A DNA stretch of 63,988 nucleotides, filler included, from Octopus bimaculoides (lineage: Eukaryota), in the NCBI RefSeq assembly GCF_001194135.2. It is 6 parts of 6 records of this genome, joined end to end, with 100 filler letters (N's around TTAATTAATTAA, not from the genome) between each part and the next. Parts side by side here need not be neighbours in the genome. Positions count along the whole stretch, not along the records: positions 10,086 to 24,017 come from NC_068982.1; positions 24,118 to 51,631 come from NC_068999.1; 4 more parts are not named here. One strand, given 5' to 3'. Made by a program: the position numbers and the translations under genes. Under the pieces are notes generated by a model. It worked only from the letters and a program-made list of their open reading frames with translations. It searched no databases and had not been told where the DNA came from. This document shows positions 12,600 through 24,831 of this stretch, piece after piece; position 1 is the stretch's first letter; each line of letters begins with the position of its first letter.

Positions 12600-14600
12600 T
12601 CTCTTGCTTCTTGTCGCTTGATGGTCTTTGACTTTACTAAGTTTATGGACTCTTTGACTATTTGTTTACGTCTGGCCGAAAATTATCCTCCTCTCCAAGC
12701 ATGATTGTTAGGGTTGCTGCAGTTGCTAAGTGAATAGGATATCAACGTACTTAGACCCACAATCGATGACACGGATTCTTTGGCAAGTACAATAGCAGTG
12801 GCGATGACAGTTACTGACTAGCTCAGTCCACGTGTCTGTATACATGAGTCATATTTTGATACAACTCAACATGAGTGTTACAGAAAGAACATCTATACTG
12901 CTGCTCGATCTTCTTGAAATAACAACTAAATTCTCTAAAATCACACTGCACCGTCTTTACAGTTTAAAGCACTTTGGCTAATGTAAATCTAAATTACTAT
13001 AATTACATCTGGAATGCCTATCATCATAAATTTGCTTTATGACGATTGACCAAGCAGTTAAGAACATCAAAGGACACTTTATAGAAGTACTCAACCTGCT
13101 TGAAATAGCATCCAAATCTATTTGCATCCTATAATTGGAAAACATAGTTCCTGATATGTAAAACAGATGGTGTAGGGTTATTATGGGTGGGAGAACTTGA
13201 TCATACCTTTTTTTTATCAGAAGTGACCTGGGGCTAAACAACAAGAACAGATTACACCTATTTGTAGTAGTGTCTACCTTTCAGTGTGCAATTTCCTTTA
13301 TAAATTTTACTTATGTAACAGGTACATCTCTTCCCTGATCTACTTTGCTACTATTAACGCACTGCACTGAAAATTTCTGAATATTGGCTGCTGTAAATGG
13401 AAATGTAATATCCGAGTAAATACTTTTCGATGTTTATTTAATTCTGTTGTGAATTGAAATTTCTTTGGAGTCGATGAATGGAAATGATGGATTTTATCCA
13501 TCGCCCTTTTAACATCACCCATCCTATGTCTGACGATAAATTTCTGCTTTCTTCCAACTAGTCTTGCAGGTCTAAGAGAGGCCTCTGACAAATCTATACG
13601 ATAAGCAAGTTTTGAATTGGAATTAACCCTAAAATATTCGGTCGCCCCTAAAATTGAGTAGACATATTGAATATAGTTCTCAAAACAATTTTCCACAAAT
13701 ACAACACTATGAAAGATAACCTAATACATGAAACACATGTTTCATTTTTACACGAATATTAATGATTTCATCTTCCATATTTATAGGAGAGAGAAAAAAA
13801 TGACTTTCTAACTTTTTACAATTAAAATTACTGCTAAATTTACAAAAAGTTGTTTTCAAAATTCTTAGCACGTTTCAAAAGCTATGTTTGTATTGTATTA
13901 CTTACTATCTGAGGTATAAAACTGTTTCAATTAAGCACCAAAGCATTACAGTCTTAATGCAATGCGAAAAAAACATTTTGCCGAAAATGAAGTGAAACTC
14001 TAATTGAACCAGTTACGATTTGGGTTTGCAGATAATGTTATCTCATTCTCACTAATTCTTGCTAAAACGTAATATAACTACAGTTTAATATATCTTAGTT
14101 ATGGCTTCTTTAATGATTTACAAGTGACTTTGTAAATGTTTTATATTCATTGAAATGAAATGTAATTAACGTCTGCTAATATATGTTAAATAACCTTTAA
14201 AAATTATATTACTCTTGGAAACAAAATTTCGTTGGCTTCTATCTGGGATATATTTTTGACTAATTTAAGGGCGCTGAACCCATACATAAGATTTTCTTAC
14301 GACCATGTTTAATATTTTGGTTTCCAACACACTTCTATTATTAATAATCACAGTTCAAAAGTGTCTAATTAAAATGTCAGGGAACCGTACTTATTTTAGC
14401 GCCTGCCGTAGATGTTAAACCTATTCTAGATATGTTTGGGGTACTGATTCTAAATTTCTTCAGTCAGTTCTATCTTGGAGATACTGTTTGTGTGGTGAGA
14501 TTAGGGACTTAAGGACCCCCATTGCACATTACAGTTTAGTGCAATAGAAATTAAATTCATTCTTGTATATTTAGGCTGCTGATTCCAAAAATAGCATCAC
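12600..14600 (-). pseudogene. Unclassified decayed coding relic, probably a DNA transposon
   Basis: Complex, repeat-free sequence with stop- and frameshift-broken peptide blocks (ORF 13340..13696; PSVLHIRNYVFQL*DANRFGCYFKQVEYFYKVSFDVLNCL; RRKQIVKESINLVKSKTIKRQEARE) and recurring GG-N2/3-RCTGAWYC motifs at 14267, 14437 and 14572. Family not recognised. Confidence 0.3.
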
Positions 14601-15604
14601 ACTTCTGATTTCTTAATTATATGACATTATACACGAAATGTCAACAATGCTATTAAAATTGGTTTATTTCGCATCAAATCTTAGACTAAAGTCATTGAAC
14701 AAGTATATATTTGCTGTGGTTCCTTACGCAGAAAATTCACTGGACTTAGCACGGAAAAAGCGTAGGTAGAGGATTTTATAGCTCTCATTTTTTTTAAAAA
14801 AAGCTTAAGAATGATTTTCATTTCATATATGCAATGGACAACGCTAAGTCCTATATGTGATTTGTTTTAGATGTCAAAAAGTATTTGGTAACCGTTAAGC
14901 GGGAAACCGCTCTGAATTAGCAGAGAATATGCTATCATATTACAAGGTAGGCTGTAACGCGACAAATAAGGTCCCTTGTATTAACAGTTGCTTAGGTTGC
15001 TTTCTAGAAAAGCCTGATGATTAAAGCGAAAAGCAAGGTGTAAAATTTAACCAGAGTGTAAAACAAAGAAAATGAAATATTTCAAAAGGTGAGACACACA
15101 TATACAAATACATTATGCTGGAATATTTATTGGGACTCTTCTCGCCATATAAAGTTTTATAAAAGAAGGTGCTTGTGTACCAAATGTAGCATCGTTTTAT
15201 GTTTATAGCAAATAATCTATTAGTAGCATTAATATTGTTGTTTGGTATACGATTAGTGGATAGTTACAAAATTCGTGTTGATAGGGTAAAGATGTTGCTA
15301 GGTTCTGAAGTCATAACGGTTCCATTTCTAAGGCAAAGACGATAATCTCAGTGCTCGTGTAGAAGGATGTACTGTGTTTCCCAAACTAGTGTTGATAATG
15401 CAAACGATAATAGAATGTTTTATACAGAAATAGCTGCTGGTGTATTTTGGAATTAGCGTCTCAAATCAACACCAGAATAAGTCAAAATGTTAAGTATTTA
15501 TAATTGTTTTGTTGGTTCATTTATGAATTACACGTCGAATGACTAAGACTTACATACATGTGTACACACCTATACATTTACATGTATATGTATGTATTTT
15601 TACG

Positions 15605-15654
<50 letters not shown>

Positions 15655-15657
<3 letters not shown>

Positions 15658-16725
15658 TAGTTATATAAACATTAATGGAAGCGCCACTTTTCGTTGTGCT
15701 AATTTTTCTATTGGCAACATGCCACATTGAAAATTGCTTTAGTCTGCATGTAAGTGTTAATATATATTATGTATTCCTTGCAGTTCATGATATAGGCCGC
15801 TACTTTTCTCTTTTTTTTTTGCAAATTTTTATATCTAATTACGTTAAAATGAGTGACATGTCTGACTTCCAAAGAGGACAAATTGTTTAAGTGCGGATGA
15901 TTGGAGCTTCATTCACTAAAACTGTTGAATTGTTTTATGTTTTAGAGCTGCTGTATCTAACAATTATTTTAGCGTTCGAAAACGAAGATAAAATCAGTCC
16001 CCACTGACATGTTTCTGGATGGAAGGTAAAGCTTATAGATAAGTTCTGCTGAATAGTGAACCACATTGTGTTTGAAAATAATCGAACAACGCCAAAAGTG
16101 AAATCGAAGGTAAACTACCATTTTGAAAACTGTGCCAATAAAAACTGTTCGTCTCGAACTCCATATAGCTGGCTACCATATAGTTGGCTACCATATAGCT
16201 GGCTGCATTTGCTAAAACGTTCCTGTTCCCCGTCAATATTGATAGCAAAAAGAAAATGCGGCTTTAACTCTGAGAAGTGATCAATGGCTCTAAGAAACAA
16301 TTTCGCATTCTCTGATGAATCCTCGTTCACCCTCTTAGCTTGTTTGGCCCTTTCCGCGAAGCATGGAAATCACTCCGTGGAGACTGTCCACAGCCGTGAT
16401 TTTGGCCCCTTAGTTGTTCTACATGGTACAGTTAATACCAAGGACAATGTGAGTATTTTGGCTGATCATGGTCATCTTATGGTTCAAATATTGTTTCTTG
16501 AATATTTTACGGTGTGTTTTGAAACAACATTGAGGAGCTGCTTTCCCTCTTCATCGTCGCTGAAAGAGCTAATGCAGGCTTTATTTGAGAATGGTTCAAT
16601 CCCCAAAACATGCACAAGTCAGTTGCTCGGCGTATTAAAACTGTGATTGATGTCAAAGATGAACTAACCTATTAAATAATAAACAATTTCCTTTTAACAA
16701 TGCGTTTCTATTATTTTAGCTTAAT
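15655..16725 (+). mobile_element. Decayed Tc1-like DNA transposon
   Basis: N-terminal MSDMSDFQRGQIV..RMIGAS (15848 onward), the first catalytic-D motif FSDESSFTL (about 16305-16335) and Tc1-like terminal sequence. Many stops and frameshifts. Contains an internal 15-bp unit (ccatatagYtggcta) x3 at about 16161-16204. Confidence 0.8.
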
Positions 16726-16727
16726 TC

Positions 16728-16950
16728 GGAGGCGGCGAGTTGGCAAAGTGGCTAGCAGGGAGGGTGAAATGCTTAGCGGTATTTCTCTGCTTTTTTTATG
16801 TTTTCAGTTCAAATACCGCTGAGATCGACTTTGCCTTTCATCCTTTCGCAGTCGATAAAATAAATATCAGTTGAGCACTGGGAGCCGATGTAATCGACTT
16901 ACCCCTTCCTCAGAAATTGCTGTCCTTGAGCCAAAAATTGAAACTACTAT
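16728..16950 (+). mobile_element. Third tRNA-derived SINE family (ggcggcgagctggcag...gtcgactttgcctttcatcc type)
   Basis: Head, B-box gttcaaatacc and body shared with copies at about 2635-2850(+), 11060-11175(-), 17020-17190(-), 17240-17420(-), 20875-21060(+), 21130-21290(+), 46865-47075(-), 53661-53765(-), 53815-54040(+) and 54325-54505(+). Confidence 0.85.
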
Positions 16951-17239
16951 TTTAGCTTAATTTAAATGTCACTTTTTAAGTTGGGTATGAAAAACCACTG
17001 TTTCGAATTGTTGGCACAAGACTAGTAACTTTTATTGGGGTTGATAAGTGGATAAAATCTACCCCATTTATTGACTGATATTTTATAGCACCGGCCCCAA
17101 AAAGATGGAACTTAAAATTGACTTCGGTAGGATTCGAACACAGAACGTACAGAATCAGAATACCGAAAATCATTTATTCGACGATCTAACATATCTGCCA
17201 GTCCGCTGTCTTACGCACGGAAAATACTTCTTTGTGCTA

Positions 17240-17420
17240 TATGCACAAGGCCTGAAATTTTGGGGGAAGGGGCTAGTCGATTATATCGACCCCAGTGGTC
17301 CGAGAAGATGAAAGGCAAAGTCGACTTCTGCCGGAATTTGAACACAGAACGTAAATACGGATGAAATGCCGTTAAGCATTTTATCCAATGAGCTAACGAT
17401 TCTGCTAAACTCACCGCCAT
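17240..17420 (-). mobile_element. Third-family SINE, inverted relative to 16728-16950
   Basis: gatgaaaggcaaagtcgac...gaatttgaacacagaacgtaa...ctcaccgcc is the reverse complement of the family head and body. Confidence 0.85.
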
Positions 17421-17572
17421 TGTTATGAAAAATAAAAAGTTGGATATGAATACAGCCCTTCAACATAATCCTTTACTCCAAATATAACCACGATTTCTCT
17501 ATGGAGAAATAAACATTTTTAAGAAATATAATTTCTTTAATATTTATAGAAATTAAAAAATAAGTGTATTAC

Positions 17573-17672
17573 CTGTCAATGGCGATGGCTGCTAATGTAT
17601 TGACTGATGCGCATACGGAGACCCCTTGCAAATAGGGTGTGGCTTTACAAAGAATAGCTCCAAATGGCCAAC
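17573..17672 (-). CDS. Internal exon (100 bp, phase 1 to 2) of a class A neuropeptide GPCR, NPFF/SIFamide-receptor-like: (G)[32 protein letters not shown](R)
   Basis: Minus strand tttgtttttcttttag|GTTGGCCATTTGGA...GCCATTGACAG|gtaata. Shows the ECL1 WPFG motif, the conserved TM3 Cys (LCK), QGVSV.ASV.TL.AIA.DR typical of RFamide-type receptors, and an intron splitting the R of DRY. Subfamily assignment is an inference from 34 residues. Confidence 0.88.
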
Positions 17673-18453
17673 CTAAAAGAAAAACAAATATAGAACCATT
17701 AATTCAATATAGATACATTTCGCTCACCTGTAGTCAAAATTAACAGGTAAATGTTAAATGATATCACATAACATTCATAAAACAACGTTTTAAATTTATC
17801 CATATTGAATAAGAAAGAAGGACAAAATGTACCAACAGGTGTGTTGTGGGAGGTAATTCTGCCAATCAAAGTACGCGCATTGGATATGTTCTACTTATTT
17901 CTAAATATCAGTCAATTAGATAATTAATCAGTTGTTGAATTAATTATCTATCTGTCAAAATACTTTCATTACAGTTTGTGACCTTATCAATGACGACGTC
18001 GCTGTCAAGTACGTCTTTCTCCTCATAACTGTTCGTCTCAGGGATCGTGTACTTTCATTGGTGATATGCACCTCCTCAACCACAATACATTATCAGGTGC
18101 AACACAAGATTTTGCATAAACAATCTTGCAAAACAAATACAAAACTATTGCTTAAATACAAAAGCTATACCGGTGTTTTCATCAATGTCTCGTTCCGTAA
18201 GAAAATTTTTGCATCGTAGCACACGTATAACCAAACACTCAGTATTTCTACGGTTTACAGTAATGTACCAACACATACACGCAATGTACTCTGCGGGAAA
18301 TAGAAAAAAGGCTTTGTGTAGCCGCTTAAACAGCTAGAAGTAGGAGCCATACACTTGAAACCATACTTTGTCATCCTGAAAAGTCAACTACCTGAAAAAG
18401 GAAACAGTTGCGACGGTCTAGGTTATTTTCGCCATCTGTACAGGTATTCGCTG

Positions 18454-18507
<54 letters not shown>
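18454..18507. repeat. (TAC)18 microsatellite
   Basis: Read directly; source of the poly-Y and poly-L ORFs. Confidence 0.95.
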
Positions 18508-19433
18508 ACGACGTGCATTATGAAATTTTGTTACTGGTCGTAAATTTGGAACAAAACCTAACTGTGACTGGCACCGTATTAGCTTGCCCGGCTGTTACAT
18601 GACAATAATTAAAGATATCAACATAAATGGTTCTATATATGTTTTCTTATTTTTCTTATTTTATTTCAAGTAATTTTAAATGCCATATCGATGTTTGAAC
18701 TACATTACGTATATTGCTAATTTCACTTAAAATGAAAATGACACCAGTTAATAATCTCAATTCATAACGAAGTGACTGAAAAGCTGTGGTTTTAATGCAG
18801 TATGTAATACTGTAACAACTAGACAATCATTATAATAATTCAAGCTATGTTAAAGGTTTATAAATGCCCTTGAGGCATTTTACCATAACTACGAAGCATA
18901 AAATCTGTGTGCGCACATGTTTCATATATGTGGTGAGAGGGCATTATTGCTCTTTACACGGGGTTTAAGTTCTAAAAGTATTACACAAAAGTTAATAAAG
19001 AAAAGACACAGAATTTTAATAAGGAAACCTGTTGCTGAGGAAAACGTCTCCGTGAGTCCGTTCGTTACGATTTTCTCTTGAAGCTAATTAACCATTGTAC
19101 GCTATTGGGAACAGAAGAAGACACACCGTTACATATCCGGTAAGGAACTGAAACTATACTGTTATACCAGAAATCAATATATGAGGACTGGGAAATAAAA
19201 TCGCAGATGGACAACAAAATATATAAATGGAAAATGATACTTTTCTATTCAGTATTTATGTCCCGAGGTTCTAGATTCAAATAAACCTTGATCGGAATTC
19301 ATGTTTTTCTGCTTCTGATTTAGTTATTTTCAACATTATATTAAAGTATCTGCAGCTGTGTGTACAGTTGTAGGAAAATATTTCACTTCACAGGAAATTT
19401 AATATATCAACGAAACAGAGCATTAGCTTCGGG

Positions 19434-19467
<34 letters not shown>

Positions 19468-20158
19468 NNNNNNNNNNNNNNNNNNNNNNNNNNNNNNNNN
19501 NNNNNNNNNNNNNNNNNNNNNNNNNNNNNNNNNNNNNNNNNNNNNNNNNNNNNNNNNNNNNNNNNNNNNNNNNNNNNNNNNNNNNNNNNNNNNNNNNNNN
19601 NNNNNNNNNNNNNNNNNNNNNNNNNNNNNNNNNNNNNNNNNNNNNNNNNNNNNNNNNNNNNNNNNNNNNNNNNNNNNNNNNNNNNNNNNNNNNNNNNNNN
19701 NNNNNNNNNNNNNNNNNNNNNNNNNNNNNNNNNNNNNNNNNNNNNNNNNNNNNNNNNNNNNNNNNNNNNNNNNNNNNNNNNNNNNNNNNNNNNNNNNNNN
19801 NNNNNNNNNNNNNNNNNNNNNNNNNNNNNNNNNNNNNNNNNNNNNNNNNNNNNNNNNNNNNNNNNNNNNNNNNNNNNNNNNNNNNNNNNNNNNNNNNNNN
19901 NNNNNNNNNNNNNNNNNNNNNNAAAGAGGGTACCGGTTGACTTTTTAATTTGCTGTTGAGATTTACTTCCTTATGTATGTTTTGTTTTGTAATTCCGAAG
20001 ACACTCACAATCCAGTGAAGTTTCCTTCATAGCATGCTAAACAAACCATATCTGGGAGATCCTGACTGGCTAGAAGTGGGAACAAAAGTTTCTAAGTGGT
20101 GGTTATACACTACGAAATCTTGGAACGTCCCAACCAGGGCTCTAATACAGGTATAATG

Positions 20159-20205
<47 letters not shown>

Positions 20206-22989
20206 GTATAAATATATGCATGTATTTATATACATACATATACATAGGTATGCATATACGTATATATATATGTATATATAAATATATATATGTATGTATG
20301 TATATATATGTACGTATGCATGTATATAAATACATAGATACATATATGTATTTATATATATCTTACACAAATTTGTAGATAACAAACACTCATACATACA
20401 TGTTACACAGAAGGTCAAAGTATGTATTCGCTTTCCAGCTACATATAATGCATTTATACCTCTCTTTTATTAACACTCTAATATACAAAGTATAACCCAG
20501 CTCCAACATAAATACGTGAAAAAAATAATTTTGTAAATTAGAAAAGCAGTATTGAACACAGTCGATCAAAATTCGTTAACAATATTTTGCAGTGGCCATT
20601 TAGATGATATTTGTCTTGTTAGTCATTAAGCAAAATCAACTGATGTTGAAAATATAAATGTAAAGTTTATATCTTATGAGTGGTAGTGTGTCAAAATTTC
20701 ATTACCATGCTAATTTCCTCCAATCAAATCATACAATCTTTATTTCTTAATCAACGTTTAACCGAAATATTGATAAATAAATAAAAAAAAAGACTAGTGA
20801 ATATATACATCACTGACGGTCATACATACTTTACTCCCAATTAGCAGGGTGTGTTGTATTGAACATAAACTTTTGCAGAATCGTTAGCATGCCGTACAAC
20901 ATAATGAGTAGCGGCACTTCGTCCGTCTTTATGTTCTGAGTTCTAATTCCGCTGAGGTCGGCTTTGCTTTTCATCCCTTAAATTAAGTACCTGCCAAACA
21001 CTGAGGTCAATATAATTGATTAGACCCCAAATTTTCAGGCATTGTGCTTATAATAGAAGGGGTTATTTCAGATTTAACTCCAGGTGCAAAAGAAACAGAA
21101 ACGTTATAACATCTAAAGGAAACCTTTACCATGTTCGCTTCGGCTCTTTACCTTCGGAGTTCACATTCCGATAGGTTGATTCTGCTTTCATCCTTCTGGG
21201 AGGGGGGATGAAATAAACACCAGTTGTGTACTAGTGGTAGATATATTCGATGTTGTCCCTGTCCAACATCTATGACTTTATACATATACTAAAAATTATT
21301 ATTTTAGATCTAAGTAACCAAATGGCACATACTGGAATAAGTAGTGCATCGGACAAATTGGATATTTTGTTGTGCTTAGTTCATATCGTTCACATTCCGG
21401 CTTCCAGTCCTTCTGAGGCGGCAAGATGAAGTTTCTCTAAAATATACCTGTGTGTATAACGTTTCTGGTATGAAAACAAACGCGGGCTGCATTAAGTGTA
21501 ATATTTTGTCTCAGAAGAAATTTATCAGAGGCTTATACATTAGAAATACTACGCTTCATTTTAAACATTGGGGGGTCGCGAGACACGGTGTTTCAACTTT
21601 ATTTAGTCACCTCAGTTATGAACACACTAGTGAAGTGTAAGATTCATTTGTGTCGTCAAGCCACCTTCAAAGTATGTAGTTTTTTACTAAGTGGAAACTG
21701 TTAAAATTGTTGTTATTGCTGCTGTTTAATCCCACGTTAGTGTCTTTGGATCGCATATAATCGAAAGTGTTCTAATCATGACCACAATATCATTTTTGCA
21801 AGAAGAGTATATCTAAGTCTATATTAAGCATTTATAATACAACATGATTTGAAAGAATATTTCACTGTGTGTTCTTGTCTTTGTAGATAAAACCATCAAG
21901 TAGAGGTATCATTTTCTTCCTTATTTAAATAGATTTAAGAGCAGTTGATGGCTAAATCAATAAATCAATAGATAAAGTGTGGTAAATAAACATTTTGTCC
22001 AAAAATTCCATTTTTCGCAACGTGAAGTTGTGTATTTTCATCTATCTGAGTCAATAAAATAAGTAGTACCAAAGTAATGAAATCCATTTGAAGTACCAAG
22101 CCGTTTTCCGTGCATTATTTATGATCCACTTTAAACAAAAAATCATCAGTATAATTCAAGTTTTAAGGTCGACGTATTGGAATATATATATTAAAAGTTA
22201 AGATCTCTTTTTTTTTTTACTTAGTGCAATCTTTCTAATATTTGGATGCAAATCCTACTGTTGTCAACTCCACCAGGCCTATATAACAGTTGCAGCATAA
22301 ATGCTATATGAAAAGAATTACGAAGATAAAAGAAACTTCGTGTCATGTCATGTGCAAAAGTATAGTGTGTTTCATTGATATGTATCACATTTCATTATTT
22401 TGAATTTGCTCAACAATTTTACTTTGTATTCGGGAAGATACCTAATAAACCCCATTTATTACAACAAACTGCTGTATTGAAGTTTACAGAGCAATTATAG
22501 AATAAAAATTATCAATATTTATAAATATGTATGCTTTTTACGACACTACAGTTTCTCTTTTTTTTATGATGTCTCATTTAAAATTCACTGTGAAAAATTA
22601 AATCTTATCTATATTGTTGCACGTAATTATTTGCATGACTTTGAAAGGAATAAAATTCTACATTTCAAACTAGAAATTCACAAACTAAATTATGGGGGTG
22701 GGTAACGACAAATTCACGAACAGAAATGGAAAGAATCTTTACTCTATTTGATTGTTTGAAATATTTTACAAAATGAAAGCCACATGATGTAAAGGAATGA
22801 TTTCAAATCGAGGCCATTAGCTGATATAATGAAGCGCATTAAATTTTTGTCAAAACAGAATTCCATCGTTGAAGAGTAGGCTGTCTCAGTAGCAATTGAT
22901 CCATCAGATTTAAAGATGCCCTTGTATATACTTACGTACGTATGTACGTAAGTATGTATGTATGTATGTATGTATGTATGCATGCATGC

Positions 22990-23830
22990 ATGCATGTATG
23001 TATATATGTCATTTTTCAGTTAGTTTCATTTCAAGATTTCTTGCCAATAGAGAACGAGCCGGTTTCTAACCTAAATCCAAAGCTCCTTCATTGGAATTTC
23101 AACATTAACAACAGGGTATTTTTGTTTGTTTGCATGTATGTGTGCAAATGTGTATGTTTTGTTTTGTGTATGTATTCTCATGCCTATAGTTGCATACCTA
23201 GACATGCTCATATATATTTAAATGATAAACTTCTGGAAAGTTTTACAGATTTTTACAGTTCCAGTGATGGATTGGATCTATAGTCTTCGAATTAGCTTTC
23301 TCCTCTCTGGTCTTGAGAAGCCTAATATCTCAAGATTGGTATTTAGGCAGTGTGTTACATATCTCAGTGTCCCATTAATTACAGGTATAAACCTGGAATT
23401 GTAATCTGGACAGAGTAACTGCAGATTTCGCAATAATTCAGCATAGGTGTTCTATTTTTCATTGATTTTCAGCTGTATGTTAACATCTGCAGGGCAGGTA
23501 ATTTCAACAACTGTACACAGTTTCTCTTCCCAACCCCAAATCATTATATCAGGCCTGTTGTGCTTACATTTTATTTAGGTCTTCACTGGGACATTCCATC
23601 AGAACGCCTTTTAGTTATGATTGGCTATGGCTCGGGGTTATCCGTCCGACGGATTTCATTATAGAGTCTGCTAGCTACAACATAATGCCTCATCGGTAGA
23701 TAATACCATGGTGACATTTTCGGCCAACTGCTTATGATGTGGGCGATATCTTCGGTGTTAACTCCACAAAATCGGCATTGGTAGTCACATTTTACTGCTT
23801 TTTCTGAATCTCTATTCCTTTTGTGCATCA
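22990..23830 (-). mobile_element. 3' end of a non-LTR retrotransposon with a restriction-like endonuclease (RLE; R2/R4/CRE-type architecture), decayed
   Basis: CCHC knuckle relic CRFCGVNTEDIAHIISS.PKM...YLPMRH, then KHNRPDIMIW...VVEITCPADVN...K.NTYAELLRNLQ...FIPVING...GTVKICKTFQKFII* (stop near 23217), then a 3' UTR running into a (TACA)n tract. Two in-frame stops seen. Confidence 0.85.
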
Positions 23831-24241
23831 GGTATTAGGTTGCTATTTCCTTTTCCTGGATGGCAAAAGCATACTCTTCAAAGAGGGAGGTAGTATTGTT
23901 CCAGGATAGACAGTTTATATATGTAATTATGTATGTATCTACTGTATCTACAAATATGTATGCATGTATGTATACACATGTATATATACACATATATGTA
24001 TATATATATATATATATNNNNNNNNNNNNNNNNNNNNNNNNNNNNNNNNNNNNNNNNNNNNTTAATTAATTAANNNNNNNNNNNNNNNNNNNNNNNNNNN
24101 NNNNNNNNNNNNNNNNNATTGCATTTACAAAATCCATCCAGCGGTTCTTGAGATATCTTGTCCACGGATAAACAAACAAACAAACAAACAAACACAACTG
24201 AAAACAATACCTGCACCTTCGCTAAGGTGGAGGTAATAATG

Positions 24242-24303
<62 letters not shown>

Positions 24304-24304
24304 T

Positions 24305-24518
24305 CTTTTATTCTTTTACTTGCTTCAGTCCTTTGACTGCAGCCATGCTGCAGAGCCGCCTTTTGGTCGAGCAAATTGACCCCAGAGCTTATTCTTTGTA
24401 AGCCTAGTACTTATGTTATTGGTCTCTTTTGCCAAACCGCTAAGTTACGGGAATGTAAAAGCACCAGCATTGATTGTCAAGCGATGTTGGGGGGACAAAC
24501 ACAGACACACAAACATAT

Positions 24519-24550
<32 letters not shown>

Positions 24551-24794
24551 CTATATATATATATATATATATATATACGATGGGCTTCTTCCAGTTNNNN
24601 NNNNNNATATATATATATATATATATATATACGATGGGCTTCTTCCAGTTTCTGTCTACCAAATCCACTCACAAGGCTTTGGTCGGCCCCAGGCTATAGT
24701 AGAAGACACTTGCCTAAGGTGCCACGCAGTCGGACTGAACCCAGGACCATATGGTTGGTAAGTAAGCTACTTACCACACACCCACTCCTGCGCC

Positions 24795-24795
<1 letters not shown>
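24305..24795 (-). mobile_element. Second tRNA-derived SINE family, near full length, inserted into an (AAT)n microsatellite
   Basis: Minus-strand head ggcgcaggagtgggtgtgtggtaagtagctt, internal (TA/TG)n, tail ...gcatggctgcagtcaaaggactgaagcaagtaaaag. (AAT)n lies on both sides (about 24236-24303 and 24796-24828). Confidence 0.85.

Positions 24796-24831
<36 letters not shown>

Noticed and set aside
13820-13860. FVNLAV on the minus strand, resembling GPCR TM2
   Set aside because: Lies 3' of the TM3 exon, lacks the following AD, and hits a stop within a few codons.
24570-24650. Duplicated acgatgggcttcttccagtt around a 10-N gap
   Set aside because: Assembly overlap at a (TA)n tract.
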